46,450 nucleotides of DNA from Octopus sinensis. Lineage: Eukaryota. This document shows positions 34,821 through 46,450 of the stretch, one piece after another. The notes under the pieces are model-generated. The model had not been told where the DNA came from. It made no database searches and saw only the letters and a list, made by a program, of their open reading frames with translations. The stretch lies in NCBI RefSeq assembly GCF_006345805.1, contig NW_021834601.1, forward strand, positions 1-46,450. Direction: 5' to 3'. A program made the translations under genes and the position numbers. The stretch's first letter is position 1. Each line of letters begins with the position of its first letter.

Positions 34821-35595
34821 GTCCTGACTTCGACATATTTGCATACACACACACACACACACACACAAAACCTCACATATTATTTCTCTGTCGTTATATC
34901 TCACTTCTCACCATCGCCTTCGATCACACATTCATTTCACGGTCCCGACTTTTGTGTACTCCTCATTTAATCCTCGCCATATTAATAGCACTCTTACTTC
35001 CACTTGCCCCCCCCTATCTCTCTCCTTCTCTCTCTCTCCATCTCTCAAATACACACGCACTCTCATTCACATACGCTCTATCTTCCCCTCTCCGCCTTTC
35101 TCTCCGTCTCCTTCTCTCCCTTTTCTCCTCCCCTTTTTTCTCCTCATTTCCTCTCTCCCCCCTCTCTCTCTCTCTCTCTCTCTCACCTCACCTCTCTTTC
35201 GCGCTAGTACTTCTCTAATACACCCTCTTACTACCTATTTACTTGCCGTTATCAGGAATTCTTAATTAAAAGTTAACTCACTTCCATATCCACCACCACA
35301 ACCACCACCGCCATTACCATCATAACAGAAATCATTTCCTTCACCACCCCCACTTCCCACAACCACTACCACTCCATCATTGTGGTTTTCATCATTGTCT
35401 TTCTTGTAATCATCATCATCATCAGCAGCAGCAATAGCAGAAATTGTAACAATAACTACTACTGCTACTGCTACTACTACTACATCGACATTATTCGTAA
35501 TAACCAAGCTTAGGCCACGACCAAGGGCCAAAGTACAACTGGATCCTTATAAATGCGGGTAATGGGGGTTGGTTTCATCAAAGAATACGGACGAG

Positions 35596-36075
35596 GTTGT
35601 GGTGGTGGCGCTGGCGGTGGCGGCGCTGGCGGTGGCGGCGCTGGCGGTGATGGTGGCGGTGGTAGTGGTGGTGGCAGTGGTGGCGGTGGTAGTGGTGGCA
35701 GTGGCAGTGGTGTGGTGGTGGTGGTGGTGGTGGTGGTGGTGGCGGCGGCGGCAGTGGTGGTGGTGGTGGTGGTAGTGGTGACGGCTGTGGTGGCGGTGGT
35801 AGTGGTGGCAGTGGCAGTGGTGGTGGTGGTGGTAGTGGTGGTGGCAGTGGTGGCGGTGGTAGTGGTGGCAGTGGCAGTGGTGGTGGTGGTGGTGGTGGTG
35901 GTGGTGGCGGCGGCGGCAGTGGTGGTGGTGGTGGTAGTGGTGGTGGCTGTGGTGGTGGTGATGGTGGTGTGGTAGCGGTAGTGGCAGCAGTGATGGTAGT
36001 GGTGGTGGTGTTGGTTGCACAAGTTGCGGTGATGTTATTGGTGATATTGGTGATAGTGATGATGGTGGTGGTGGT
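35596..36075. repeat. (GGT/GGC/AGT)n tract with higher-order blocks
   Basis: Directly visible; GGTGGTAGTGGTGGCAGTGGCAGTGG recurs three times. Confidence 0.95.
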
Positions 36076-36097
36076 CACGGTGATTATGAACGTGGTG

Positions 36098-36474
36098 GGG
36101 GCAAGGCGTGGCTGTGTGGTAAAACGTTTTCTTCGCAACCACACGGTTCCAGGTTCAGTCCCCACTGCGTGGCACCTTGGGCAAGTATCTTCTATTATAA
36201 CGTCGGGCCGACCAAAGCTTGTTAGTAGATTTGGTAGACGTAAAGCAAAAGAAGCCCGTCGTGTGTAGTGTGTGTGTTTTCCACCACTGCCGCTCGACTG
36301 CCGGTGCTGGTGACTTTACAACTCCTTAACTTAACGGTTCGGCCAAAGATGACCGACAGAATAAGTGCCAGGCTTATAAAGAATATTTGTGCTGGGATCG
36401 ATTAGTTCAACTAAATTTTCTCAAGGCGGTGCCCCAGCTTGGCCACAGTCTAATGACTGAAGCAAGTTAAAGAC
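36098..36474 (+). mobile_element. SINE-B (older)
   Basis: GCGTGGCTGTGTGGTAA head, ACCTTGGGCAAG core, CAGTCTAATGACTG tail hairpin. Confidence 0.88.
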
Positions 36475-36479
36475 AAGCT

Positions 36480-37025
36480 AAGGTGATCGTGGTGGTGGTG
36501 GTGGTGGTGGTGGTGATGGTAGCTGTGGCGGTGTTAACTGGTTGTGGTGGTTATTTATGATAGTGGCTGTGGTTATAGCGGTGGTGAAGGTGGTCTTAGT
36601 GAGTGTAGGGATTGTGAAAGTTGTAATGGTGACGGTGGTGGTTGTAGTAGTGGTGATTTGGCGATAGCATTGAAATTTGTTGAAAAAAACATGGTGGTAG
36701 CGGTGGTGTCGATGTGAAGGTGGTAGCAATAATGGTGGTGGTGGTAGTGGTAGTGGTGGCGACGGTGGTGACGGTGACGGTGGTTGTTGTGGTAGTTGTG
36801 GTGGTGATGGTAGTGGTTGTGGTGGTTGTGGTGGTGTGGTGGAGGTGGTAGTGGTGGTGGTGGTGGTGTTGGTGATGGTAGTGGTTGTGGTGGTGGTCGT
36901 GGTCGTCGTCGTCGTGATGATGGTTGTGGTGTTGGTGGTGGTTGTGGTGGTTGTGGTAATGGTTGTGGTGGTGGTGGTGGTGATGGTTGTGGTTGTGGTG
37001 GTGGTGGAGGAGGTAGTGGCGGTGG
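36480..37025. repeat. Degenerate (GGT)n tract
   Basis: Directly visible. Confidence 0.9.
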
Positions 37026-37252
37026 TCGATATTAATAAGTGCCATACCGTGAACGAAGCACTTGAATTTGGTAATTGTCCTTAATAGAATGATCACTTCG
37101 TAATCAATCAGACACGATCGAAGACTTGACAAAGACTTCCACCGATCAATACCGAGTGCAATCGATGTTTGAGGCCATATTTGGTTGACTCAATAACAAT
37201 TCTAATCCAACAAAAAACCAAAAGTATTTAAAATCAAATTTGTGAACATTAA

Positions 37253-37910
37253 GGCGCATGCGTGGCTGTGTGGTAAAAAGTTTACTTCCCAACTACATGG
37301 TTCTGGGTTCAGTCTCACTAATTGGGACCTTGGGCGAGTTTCTTCTACTATAGCCTCAGACCGACTAAACAGAAACTGAAAGAAGCCTGGCACTTATTCT
37401 GTCGGTCACTTTTTGTCGAACCCCTAAGTTAACGAGGCTGACCAAAGTCTTGTGAGTGGATTTGGTAAACAGAAACTGAAAGAAGCCTGTTGTATATCTT
37501 TTTACAAATCTTAAAAATTCACTACAGATAGAATCCTTTTGTTCAAAGACCAAAGGGATCAGGACCCAACAGCTGATGAACAATAATAACAAGCAACCTC
37601 CTGTGCTGGACTAAAGCCTTGTTGGAGGATTTGGTAGACGGAAACTAAAAGAAGCTATCGTATATGTGTGTAGGGGGGGGGGTTCTTATCTGTGTTTTTT
37701 TGTGTCTGTGTTTGTCCCCACAACCAGTTGACAACCGGTGTTGGTGCGTTTATGTCCCCGTAATATATAGTGTCTCGGCAAAAAAGACCGATAAAATAAG
37801 TATCAAGCTTAAAAAAGTTACTGGGGTCGATTCACTCGGCTAAAACTTCTTCACGTTGGTGCTCCAGCTTGGCCACAGTCTAATGACTGAAACAATTAAA
37901 ATATAAAAGA
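37253..37910 (+). mobile_element. Rearranged SINE-B cluster
   Basis: Head 37253-37390, inverted tail piece about 37391-37437, repeated GATTTGGTA..GAAACTGAAAGAAG segments (37438-37497, 37605-37660), tail to 37910. Confidence 0.8.
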
Positions 37911-38064
37911 TAAGCTTTCTTATAAGATTATACTATGAACCTGCATTCAACTTCAATGACTTGCTTCAATGCGGGACGGGAATTGACATGCCTGCACTAA
38001 ATGGCCCTAATCATTTCAAACACCATCTGGACCATGATGTCCGTCGGTGAATCTATGGAATTGT

Positions 38065-38628
38065 GAGCTGGCAGAATCGTTAGCAGGCCGGGCGAAATGC
38101 TTAGCAGTATTTCGTCTGCCGCTACGTTCTGAGTTCAAATTCCGCCGAGGTCAACTTTGCCCTTCATCCTTTCGGGGTCGATAAATTAAGTACCAGTTAC
38201 ACATTGGGTCGATATAATCGACTTAATCTGTTTCTCTGTCCTTGTTTGTCCCCTCTGTGTGTAGCCCCTTGTGGGCAGTAAAGAAATAGGTATTTCGTCT
38301 GCCGCTACGTTCTGAGTTCAATTTATCGACCCCGAAAGGATGAAAGGCAAAGTTGACCTCAGCGGAATTTGAACTCAGAACGTAACGGCAGACAAAATAC
38401 CTATTTCTTTACTACCCACAACGGGCTAAACACAGAGAGGACAAACAAGGACAGACAAACGGATTAAGTCGATTATATCGACCCCAGTAACTGGTACTTA
38501 TTTAATCGACCCCGAAAGGATGAAAGGCAAAGTCGACCTCGGCGGAATTCGAACTCAGAACGTAACGACAGACGAAATACCGCTAAGCATTTCGCCCGGC
38601 GTCATAACGATTCTGCCAGCTCGCCGCC
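38065..38628. mobile_element. Two SINE-A concatemers fused tail-to-tail (long inverted repeat)
   Basis: Plus monomer + start of unit 2 (38065-38321) joined to a minus-strand partial unit + full monomer (38321-38628). Confidence 0.92.
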
Positions 38629-39258
38629 ATCATTGGTTTATCGATAGTGTCCTTACTTCAATAGTTTTTGTGGTGGTTATGCTGGTGGTGGTGGTGGTGG
38701 TCATTGTCCTTGTTGTTTCAATTTAGTGTTTTGTTCGTTCGTTTTTCTCGTTGCAATTGTTATTGCAGTTCCTGTCACTTTTCTTGTTGTTCTTAACAAT
38801 TGTTCATCTATTTTCTTTTATTTCATTATTGTTATTGCTATTGTTGCTGCTGTTAATTTTATTTTCATTTTCAATATTTTTGTTTGTAATTGCCTTTACT
38901 GTCTTTTTATTTCATTATTTTTCTCTCCGAAGATTCTAAGACAATTTGTGGGGACATCTGTAATAGTGGTGGAGGGGCGGCGTAACAGCAGTGGAAGAGA
39001 TGGCAGCAGATTTGATGGTGGAGAGGAGTGACTGGCAGTTGTACTGTAGTGGGTTAATAATAAACTTTTAATTAAATCGCTTGTCTAATGCCCCTAATAA
39101 CATTATCGTAAATTAACTTTTTATGGGTGCAATACCCTGAGACATTGGACACCTAGAAGCTACATATGGGGATGCTAACGAACGATGGTGATTTTATAGT
39201 CTCCAGAAGTGCTAGAAATAGCAACCTAATTTTATGCAGAATCCCTTTAAAAAAGAAT

Positions 39259-39631
39259 TACTCTTTTACTCTTTTACTTGTTTCAAATCGACCCCGGGAC
39301 TTATTCTTTGTAAGCCCAGTACTTATTCTATCGGTCTCTTTTGCCGAACCGCTAAGTGACGGGGACGTAAACATACCAACACCGGTTGTCAAGCAATGCT
39401 AGAGGGACAAACACAGACACACAAACATAGACACACACACACATATACATATATATATATACATATATACGACAGGCTTCTTTCAGTTTCCGTCTACCAA
39501 ATCCACTCACAAGGCTTTGGTCGGCCCGAGGCTACAACAGAAAACACTTGCCCAAGATGCCACGCAGTGGGACTGAACCCGGAACCATGTGGCTGGTTAG
39601 CAAGCTACTTACCACACAGCCACTCCTGCGC
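39259..39631 (-). mobile_element. SINE-B with tail deletion
   Basis: TACTCTTTTACTCTTTT tail to CTCCTGCGCC head. Confidence 0.92.
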
Positions 39632-39767
39632 CTATTGTGTTGGTTATAATAGTTGTAGATTTTTCGCACAGCGGAAAGTTATTGGAATAGTCACGGGTGG
39701 AATACGATTGCGTTTGATAACAGTTCTATACAATCAGGACTGATCCAGGACTGAATAAATATGAAAA

Positions 39768-39865
39768 ACCAGTTACGCTCTGGGGTCGATCTAATCGACT
39801 TAATCCCTTTGTCTTTCCTTGTTTGTCCCCTCTGTGCTTAGCCCCTTGTGGGCAATAAAGAGTTA
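39768..39865 (+). mobile_element. SINE-A 3' fragment
   Basis: ACCAGTTACGCTCTGGGGTCGAT...GCCCCTTGTGGGCAATAAAG. Confidence 0.85.
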
Positions 39866-40010
39866 AGAACCGATAAATAAAGAACAAGTGAGTATTCGAA
39901 CTGACAGATGAATGACTGAACGAGCAAACTCACGAAGTAGCAAAACTGTTAATGAAGTACAAGAGAGCGCAGAAGCCAACGAACGAACGAGCGAACGCAT
40001 TGCGTAGTGG

Positions 40011-40460
40011 GAAGCACTCCGTCGGTTACGACGACGAGGGTTCCGGTTGATCCGAATCAACGGAACAGCCTGCTCGTGAAATTAACGTGTAAGTGGCTGA
40101 GCACTCCACAGACACGTGCACCCTTAACATAGTTCTCGGGGATATTCAGCGTGACACAGAGAGTGACAAGGCCGGCCCTTTGAAATACAGGTACAACAGA
40201 AATACAGGTACAACAGAAGTAAGAGTGAGAGAAAGTTGTGGTGAAAGAGTACAGCAGGAATCACCACCACCCCCTGCCGGAGCTTCGTGGAGCTTTTAGG
40301 TGTTTTCGCTCAATAAACACTCACAACGCCCTACCGGAGCCTCGTGGAGCTTTTGGGTGTTTTCCATCAATAAAAACTCACAACGCCCGGTCTGGGAATC
40401 GAAGCCGCGATCCTATGACCGCGAGTCCGCTGCCCTAACCACTGGGCCATTGCGCCTCCA
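40011..40460 (-). mobile_element. Chimeric tRNA SINE: distinct head/body + SINE-C tail
   Basis: Minus strand TGGAGGCGCAATGGCCCAGTGG (A box), GCTTCGATTCC (B box). 40015-40190 matches 3770-3943. Internal duplications of about 56 bp and 18 bp. Confidence 0.88.
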
Positions 40461-41750
40461 CTAAACAAGCGAACGAACGATCGAGCGAACGAGTGGACGA
40501 ATGAGCGAGAGAAACAATGAACTAAAGTGAAAAAGCTTTGAAGGCGAAAATGACAATAGTGGTGGTGGTGATGGGGGCACTAGTGACGGTGATGGGGGTT
40601 TCGAAGACGGTAATGTTAATAGCCATTGTTTAGAGAGATGGCAAAGGGCTGTGGATATGGCGGAAAGAGAGAGAAGATTTTTATTAATAGAGTTATCATT
40701 TTCCGAACTAATTAACCTCATCTTTAGAGATGGAGCATATTTTAAAAAATATTTATATTGACAAAGGATCAGAGGTTTGGGTAGGGTGGATTATTAAAAT
40801 CGGTTGAACGGCGATTTCGTCCTATTTATTTACGCCTCTTTAAATCTCTGAGTGAAAATGCCGCTAAGATTGCCTTTGCTTCTCATTCTTCCAGAGTCGA
40901 CACAAATAAATACACCATTTAATCACTGGTTTGATGTAAAAGACTATAGACCGACCCCCAACCCCAGCCTAGTATCACTGTTAGAAATCACTGTTTTACA
41001 GCTATGTCTTTACAACATCTGTTGGAGTTGTAAGCTGGAACGGACTATTTCCAAGACCATCGGAAGGAAGGAAAAAAAATTATTCTCATAGTAGATCGCT
41101 TAGCTGACTGCTTACAACAAAGTGAATATCACCTAATCACATTTGCATGCGATCAGGTGGTGATGCTAAACTCGGATCACGGATTAAGTCTGTTCCTGTG
41201 CTTGTATTCATATTATTTTTCTTATAGCCTTAAAAGAAAACTAAACTATTTTATCTTGTTTCCTTTCTCGTTTCCCTCATTGTTTTGTTTAGTTTCTGAT
41301 TCTTTTGAACTATTTCGAAGTTAAATGTAAATATTGAGAGCTAACATGAGCATAAAGTATCAGATTTTGCTTGCGATCACAATTGATTCAACAGACTTAA
41401 ATTAATCTTTGATTCTTCTGCGAAAGAACGAAAAGCGCAATAACGTCGTCGGAATTTCGACCTAGAATATAAAGAAATGTAAGTAATACTCTTGACTACA
41501 GAATCCATATTTATAGCAGCTTAAGCAACATTGTATGAATTTACGGTTTTAAACACCTTGTCTATGTATACAATATCTTCGTGGACAGGATTTGGTAATA
41601 TACGATGCGTGCAGGCAACCACACAGTTCAAGATTCAAACACAGAGTGGCACATTGGGCATTGGGCAAGAGTATTCTCCCTTAGTTTTATGAATTGATGA
41701 TTTAAACTTGGTAGGGAAACTACATGGAAGCTTGTTATATGTGTTTATGC

Positions 41751-41810
<60 letters not shown>

Positions 41811-41878
41811 TATATATATATATAAACTTACTTGGAAAAGATGCGTGGTGTTCAATCATATAATATAAATAATCTCTT

Positions 41879-42400
41879 CTCTATATATATAAAACTGAGA
41901 ATGTGTGTGTCTGTCTGTCTGTCTGTTTGTGTGTTTCCCTAAAACTTGATAACTACACAACCAGTTTCATTCAAATTTTACACATGCCTTACTTAACGTC
42001 CGGGAGTGTCATCGGCAAAAAAATTTTAACTTTTTCCCTAGGGCGACCCAACAGCAATATCATATCTTCTCCACTATTTCAATGTTACGTGTTAAAAGTG
42101 AAACAAAAACATCTCTCTATTGTAATGTCAGATACTTTCACTGAAACTATTAAAGTGAAAGTATTATATAACAGGGATGAACCATTAACAGTGGTCATCC
42201 ATTTTGCTAGAAGAAGATCGCTATGGTATTATATGCTATACCACTGGTTTTCAATTCATATTAATTAAATTAATATTCAATTTTTCACCCTTGTTATGTG
42301 TGTGTTTGTATTAGCAATTCGTATAAAATTGCATCAATGTCTTGAACTTGAATAAGTGGTTTCACATAAATGGGGATAAATTAAAAAGGTTTGTTGTTAT
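41879..42400 (+). mobile_element. Probable Helitron 5' portion (3' end not seen)
   Basis: Starts TCTATATATATAAAA..GTGTGTGTCTGTCTGT like the two complete Helitrons; no CTAG/hairpin end found. Confidence 0.5.
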
Positions 42401-42619
42401 TATTATTACTGATTGACTATTGTAATCACATTTGTTAGTTCCTCGTCAGGGAAACGTTGTTGTGTTGCATTTGTTAAATAATTGTAAACCGTAACCCTCC
42501 CCCTTTCGGAGAAGGGGCTTTGGTTATTGTTTAAAAATAGAATTGTGTCCCCCACAGAGCTCTGGGCGACATTGGGGCGACTGTACACAGCCACAAGCCC
42601 ACAGTCGACGTTATGGCGA

Positions 42620-43927
42620 CCAAAGCTGCTGAGGATCATCACATCTTTCCATGATGATATGCAAGGCACCATACAGCACAATGGTTCAACATCAGCCGCC
42701 TTCCAAATAAAAACTGGGGTAAAGCAAGGTTGTGTCCTTGCTCCTACCTTATTTGGAATCTTCTCGCTGCTGCTGTCACATGCCTTTGTGACATCAGATG
42801 ATGGAGTGTTTCTGTGCAGTAGAAGTGATGGGAAACTGTTCAATCTCTCGCCTCTGCGTGCCATGACCAAAATCAGAAGCGTCCTGATCAAGGAGATGCT
42901 ATTTGCTTATGATGCCGCTCTGGTATCACACACAGAAGAAGCCCTACAAAGGCTCATCAACTGTTTTGAGCAAGCATGTGGCAACTTTGGCTTATTTATC
43001 AGCCTCAAGAAGACGAACATCATGGGTCAGGCTACATCGACCATCCCAAACATACATATTGGAGATCACAGACTACAGGAGGTGGAGAAGTTTACCTATC
43101 TTGGCTCTACCGTCACCTACAACCTATCCCTTGATACTGAGCTCAATATACGCATTGGCAAGGCAGCTGCTATGATGGCCCAACTCTCTAAACGCGCATA
43201 GGACTACAATAAGCTGACCAAGACCACAAAAATGAAGATTTACCAAGCATGTGTACTTAGCACTCTACTGTATGGAAGTGAGACTTGGACGCCATACACA
43301 CGCCATACGACGCCATACGTCACCTAAATATCTTTCACCTGCACTGCCTCCGGAAAATCCTTCGCATCAAATGGCAGAATCATGCCCCCAACAAAGATGT
43401 CCTCAAGCAAGCAGGAATACCAAGCATGTTTACACTCCTCACGCAAAGACGTATGAGATGGCTTCGACATGTTAGCCGTATGGAAGATGGAAGAATCCCC
43501 AAGGACATACTCAACGGAGAGCTTGCTGGGGGCACTAGGTCTGTAGGAAGACCGTCCTTACGATACAAGGATGTTTGCAAAAGGGACATGAATGCCTGCA
43601 ACATCAATATTACCAATTGGGAAGCAGTTGCCAGAAACCGTGGAGATTGGCGACGTACCGTAAAAGAGGGAACACAAAGGAGTGACATAGAGGGAGAGAG
43701 GAGAAGTGGAAAGACAAGAAAAGACGTCAACAAGAAAGTATGACATTACAACCAACCAGGCAAAGTCTTCGCTACATTTGCGGCACCTGCCAGAGGGAGT
43801 GTTTGTCCAGGATCGGACAACACAACCACAGCAGGAGATGTATTAGGACATGAAATGTAAAAGCCGGACTAGATTATTTTATGCGCAACTCCATTGTCTC
43901 CCGAGACAAAAAGGATGCCAACAACAA
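42620..43927 (+). mobile_element. 5'-truncated RTE-clade (BovB-like) LINE: RT, C-terminus and 3' UTR
   Basis: GVKQGCVLAPTLF, SRSDGKLFNL, EMLFAYDAAL (FADDA with D>Y), FTYLGS, RIGKA, LYGSETW, WLRHVSRMEDGRIPK, GRPSLRYKD. Stop at 43199-43201; frameshift at the ACGCCATAC triplication (43289-43318); ends CCATTGTCTCCCGAGAC..GGATGC(CAA)n. Confidence 0.92.
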
Positions 43928-44250
43928 TATATATGGATTTCGTAGACAGGAACTGAAACAAATCAATCGTATATATATGTATATATGTAAGTGCATGTGT
44001 GTGTCTTTGTCTCTGTGTTTCGCCCTCATCACTGTTTCACAGCTGCATCAGTCCAGGCGCGATATCCACTGTTTGAAGCCGTGCAGGTTCTCTTGCGAAG
44101 TGATGCCTTTTAACGCCCCCGTCATTTTTTCTTCACCTGTTCAACATCTGCAAACATATATAAAACATATATAACATATTATATATTATGTGTATGTACC
44201 CATTCTTGTATGGGTGTACCTTCTCTGATATTCATATTTAGATTGTACTT

Positions 44251-44384
44251 TATAATCTCTGAAGAGGCCTTGGGATATATTTGTAAGTGTCTCATTTATA
44301 ACCACATATTAACTTATCACACCTGGCTAATATGAGCATAATGAGATACTCATATCTACATGGCTGAAACAGCTGTAAGATGTA
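44251..44384 (+). ncRNA. Type I hammerhead ribozyme with a ~100-nt stem II
   Basis: ATCT [CTGAAGA 44259-44265] GGCC...GGCT [GAAA 44366-44369] CAGCTG [TA] AGAT. Stem III ACAGCTGT is a perfect palindrome; GUA cut after 44377. Stem II continues GATAT/ATATC, AGTGTCTCATT/AATGAGATACT, CATATTA/TAATATG. Confidence 0.85.
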
Positions 44385-44594
44385 GTTTATATTTATATTT
44401 ATATTTATTTATATTTATTTATACATATTGTACTTATTGTATCATATTACTCATTGATGTGCGTTGTTTTGTTCTGTACTATTATGTTTAATCTTGATGT
44501 TCATATGTAGTGGTTTAATAAATTATGTGATTGGGTATTATCTGGTAGTTGATTATTGATTAAGGTGTATTTCTTTCTTTCCATTTTCTTATTT

Positions 44595-44741
44595 TGTATA
44601 ATATATATATATATATATATATAATATACATATATATATATATATGTATATATGAAGATATATTGTATATACATTCATATGTTTGTGGGGGGTGTATGTA
44701 TGTGTATATATATATATATTGTGTGTGTGTATGTGTGTATG

Positions 44742-44789
<48 letters not shown>

Positions 44790-44882
44790 TATTATATATA
44801 TGTGTGTGTGTGTGTATGCATAATATATATATTTATACATGTATAATGTATAAATATATATCATAAGTGCATGCGCGCGTGT
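44595..44882. repeat. (TA)n/(TG)n field
   Basis: Directly visible. Confidence 0.95.
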
Positions 44883-45382
44883 GTAAAAGGAAGAGCCCTC
44901 ATCTTCTAACGCTCCTACCGCAGATTCATTCGAAGCTCTTAAAAACAATAAAAGAAAAATGCAGACAAATTGAATACTCTGAACTGTAATGTGTTAATCC
45001 TATTGAAGTCCTAACGAGAAGTAAAGGCGCTGAGCGACTGCAGCATCAATCCGCAAACATTTCAATCGGAGACTATATAATCATATGCATGAACGTACGC
45101 GGGCTCCTCAAAACACGTGTGTCAGCAATAGCGATGAACGCATGCACACACAGAATTCGATGACAAAATGGTTTCTTAATTAAGTTGAAAGAGTTAAGAG
45201 TTATGTGTGTCTTGCGAAGAGCAGCAAGCAGAAAGAAAAACAAGTTGTTAGCTTCGCTTTTTTTTTAAAAACAAAATGTTAATTCTGAGGTTACTGCGAT
45301 CGGGTGTTGAAACGTAGAAGCTGTTCTGTCGCTTCTTTAACACCCAGAGGTTAATATCATACAATGAGCACCAGGTGTGTGT

Positions 45383-45418
<36 letters not shown>

Positions 45419-46450
45419 AACAAACCCACACACAAAAACACACAAAAACCCCACACAAACACACACAAGCATAGCTACCTACCTACCTACATACATACAT
45501 ACATACATACATTCATGCATACATGCATACATACATACATACATACATACATAAGTACGTACGAACATACATACATATATACATACTGTACGCGCTTGGG
45601 AAATCAGGCAATTATATACACGATAACACTTCCAATCAGTTAAGATCAGAAGCCACGAGTGGAGGACTGGAGTACTATTTTGGATGCACGGAAGAACTGT
45701 ATGGATTTAGTACATAGCAGAAAACCGCGAAAACCTGCTCGGAACTTTCCAGCTTTCTGTCAGGTACCAACTGGATTTCTCTGATGTGCCAGTGTGGACA
45801 TGGAACAACCACAGGGGGTCATCCAGGTCGTATTTTTAAGGTCAGAGGATAGAGGTAGCATAGGCTGTCCACAATTTAAATTGGCCGGCTACACAGATCA
45901 CAGATCACATATCACAAATTTGTGATATGCTAGTCGATTTAGACAGGACCCGTAGTTACTAGAAGTTGAACGCATCCTTACCGGCTCGCAAAGACAACAG
46001 GGACCGGATTAACGAACTAGTTAAGCGGTAGTTGATGGGGGCAATCGTCAACGACCAGTGGTGGATCGCTCTGAAGAGAGCAATTAGAGTAGAATCGATA
46101 GGATTTGGCAAAGATTTAGCAATAGAAAGAAATGGATTAGAGGTAGATCTATTTAGCAAACCAGAAGAGGCTATTATTAAAGGCATCGCGGCCGACCTGT
46201 TTGCGGCGAGAATAGTTATTATGAAGTGGCAGAATCGGTAAAGTGCGCTATGGATAGTTTCTGGCATTTGGCCACGCCTCTTTTTGCCTCGAGTTCAAAT
46301 ATAGCCGAGAACCAAACCTATGTACAGATGTCGATCAAAACGATTTAGTTAAAATAACAATCAGATTAATTTTTACTACTATCGCGACTGCTGCTGCTGC
46401 TGTTGGTATTGATGCTGCAACTAGTGTTGCTGCTATTACTGTTACTACAA

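Noticed and set aside
35510-37132. Poly-H/T/P/V ORFs
   Set aside because: Translations of (GGT)n tracts and a SINE-B.
45959-46267. Overlapping 102-aa/69-aa ORFs in unique sequence
   Set aside because: No recognisable motif or splice signals; cannot be supported without homology search or RNA data.

Overview
Eukaryotic, AT-rich, extremely repeat-dense non-coding DNA with no host protein-coding exon that I can support. Most ORF-track entries are microsatellite or SINE read-throughs. The SINE families and microsatellite load suggest an octopus/coleoid cephalopod genome (inference). Contents: (i) many copies of at least three tRNA-derived SINE families, here called SINE-A, -B and -C; (ii) decayed LINE remnants (Tx1/L1-like x3, R4-like, RTE-like); (iii) non-autonomous Helitrons and a 125-bp hAT-type MITE; (iv) a full-length U6 snRNA copy fused to a SINE-A trimer; (v) about eight type I hammerhead-ribozyme motifs in short non-coding elements, two with very long stem II insertions and two back-to-back in a 270-bp palindrome. 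The most interesting system is SINE-A. It forms 184-bp head-to-tail concatemers that restart at a fixed point, the 3' edge of a hairpin loop in its tRNA-like head. It shares its 3' tail and terminal stem-loop with the 3' UTR of a Tx1/L1-like LINE in the same window, and it appears to have captured U6 in one insertion. All structures were read by eye; boundaries of old elements are approximate.
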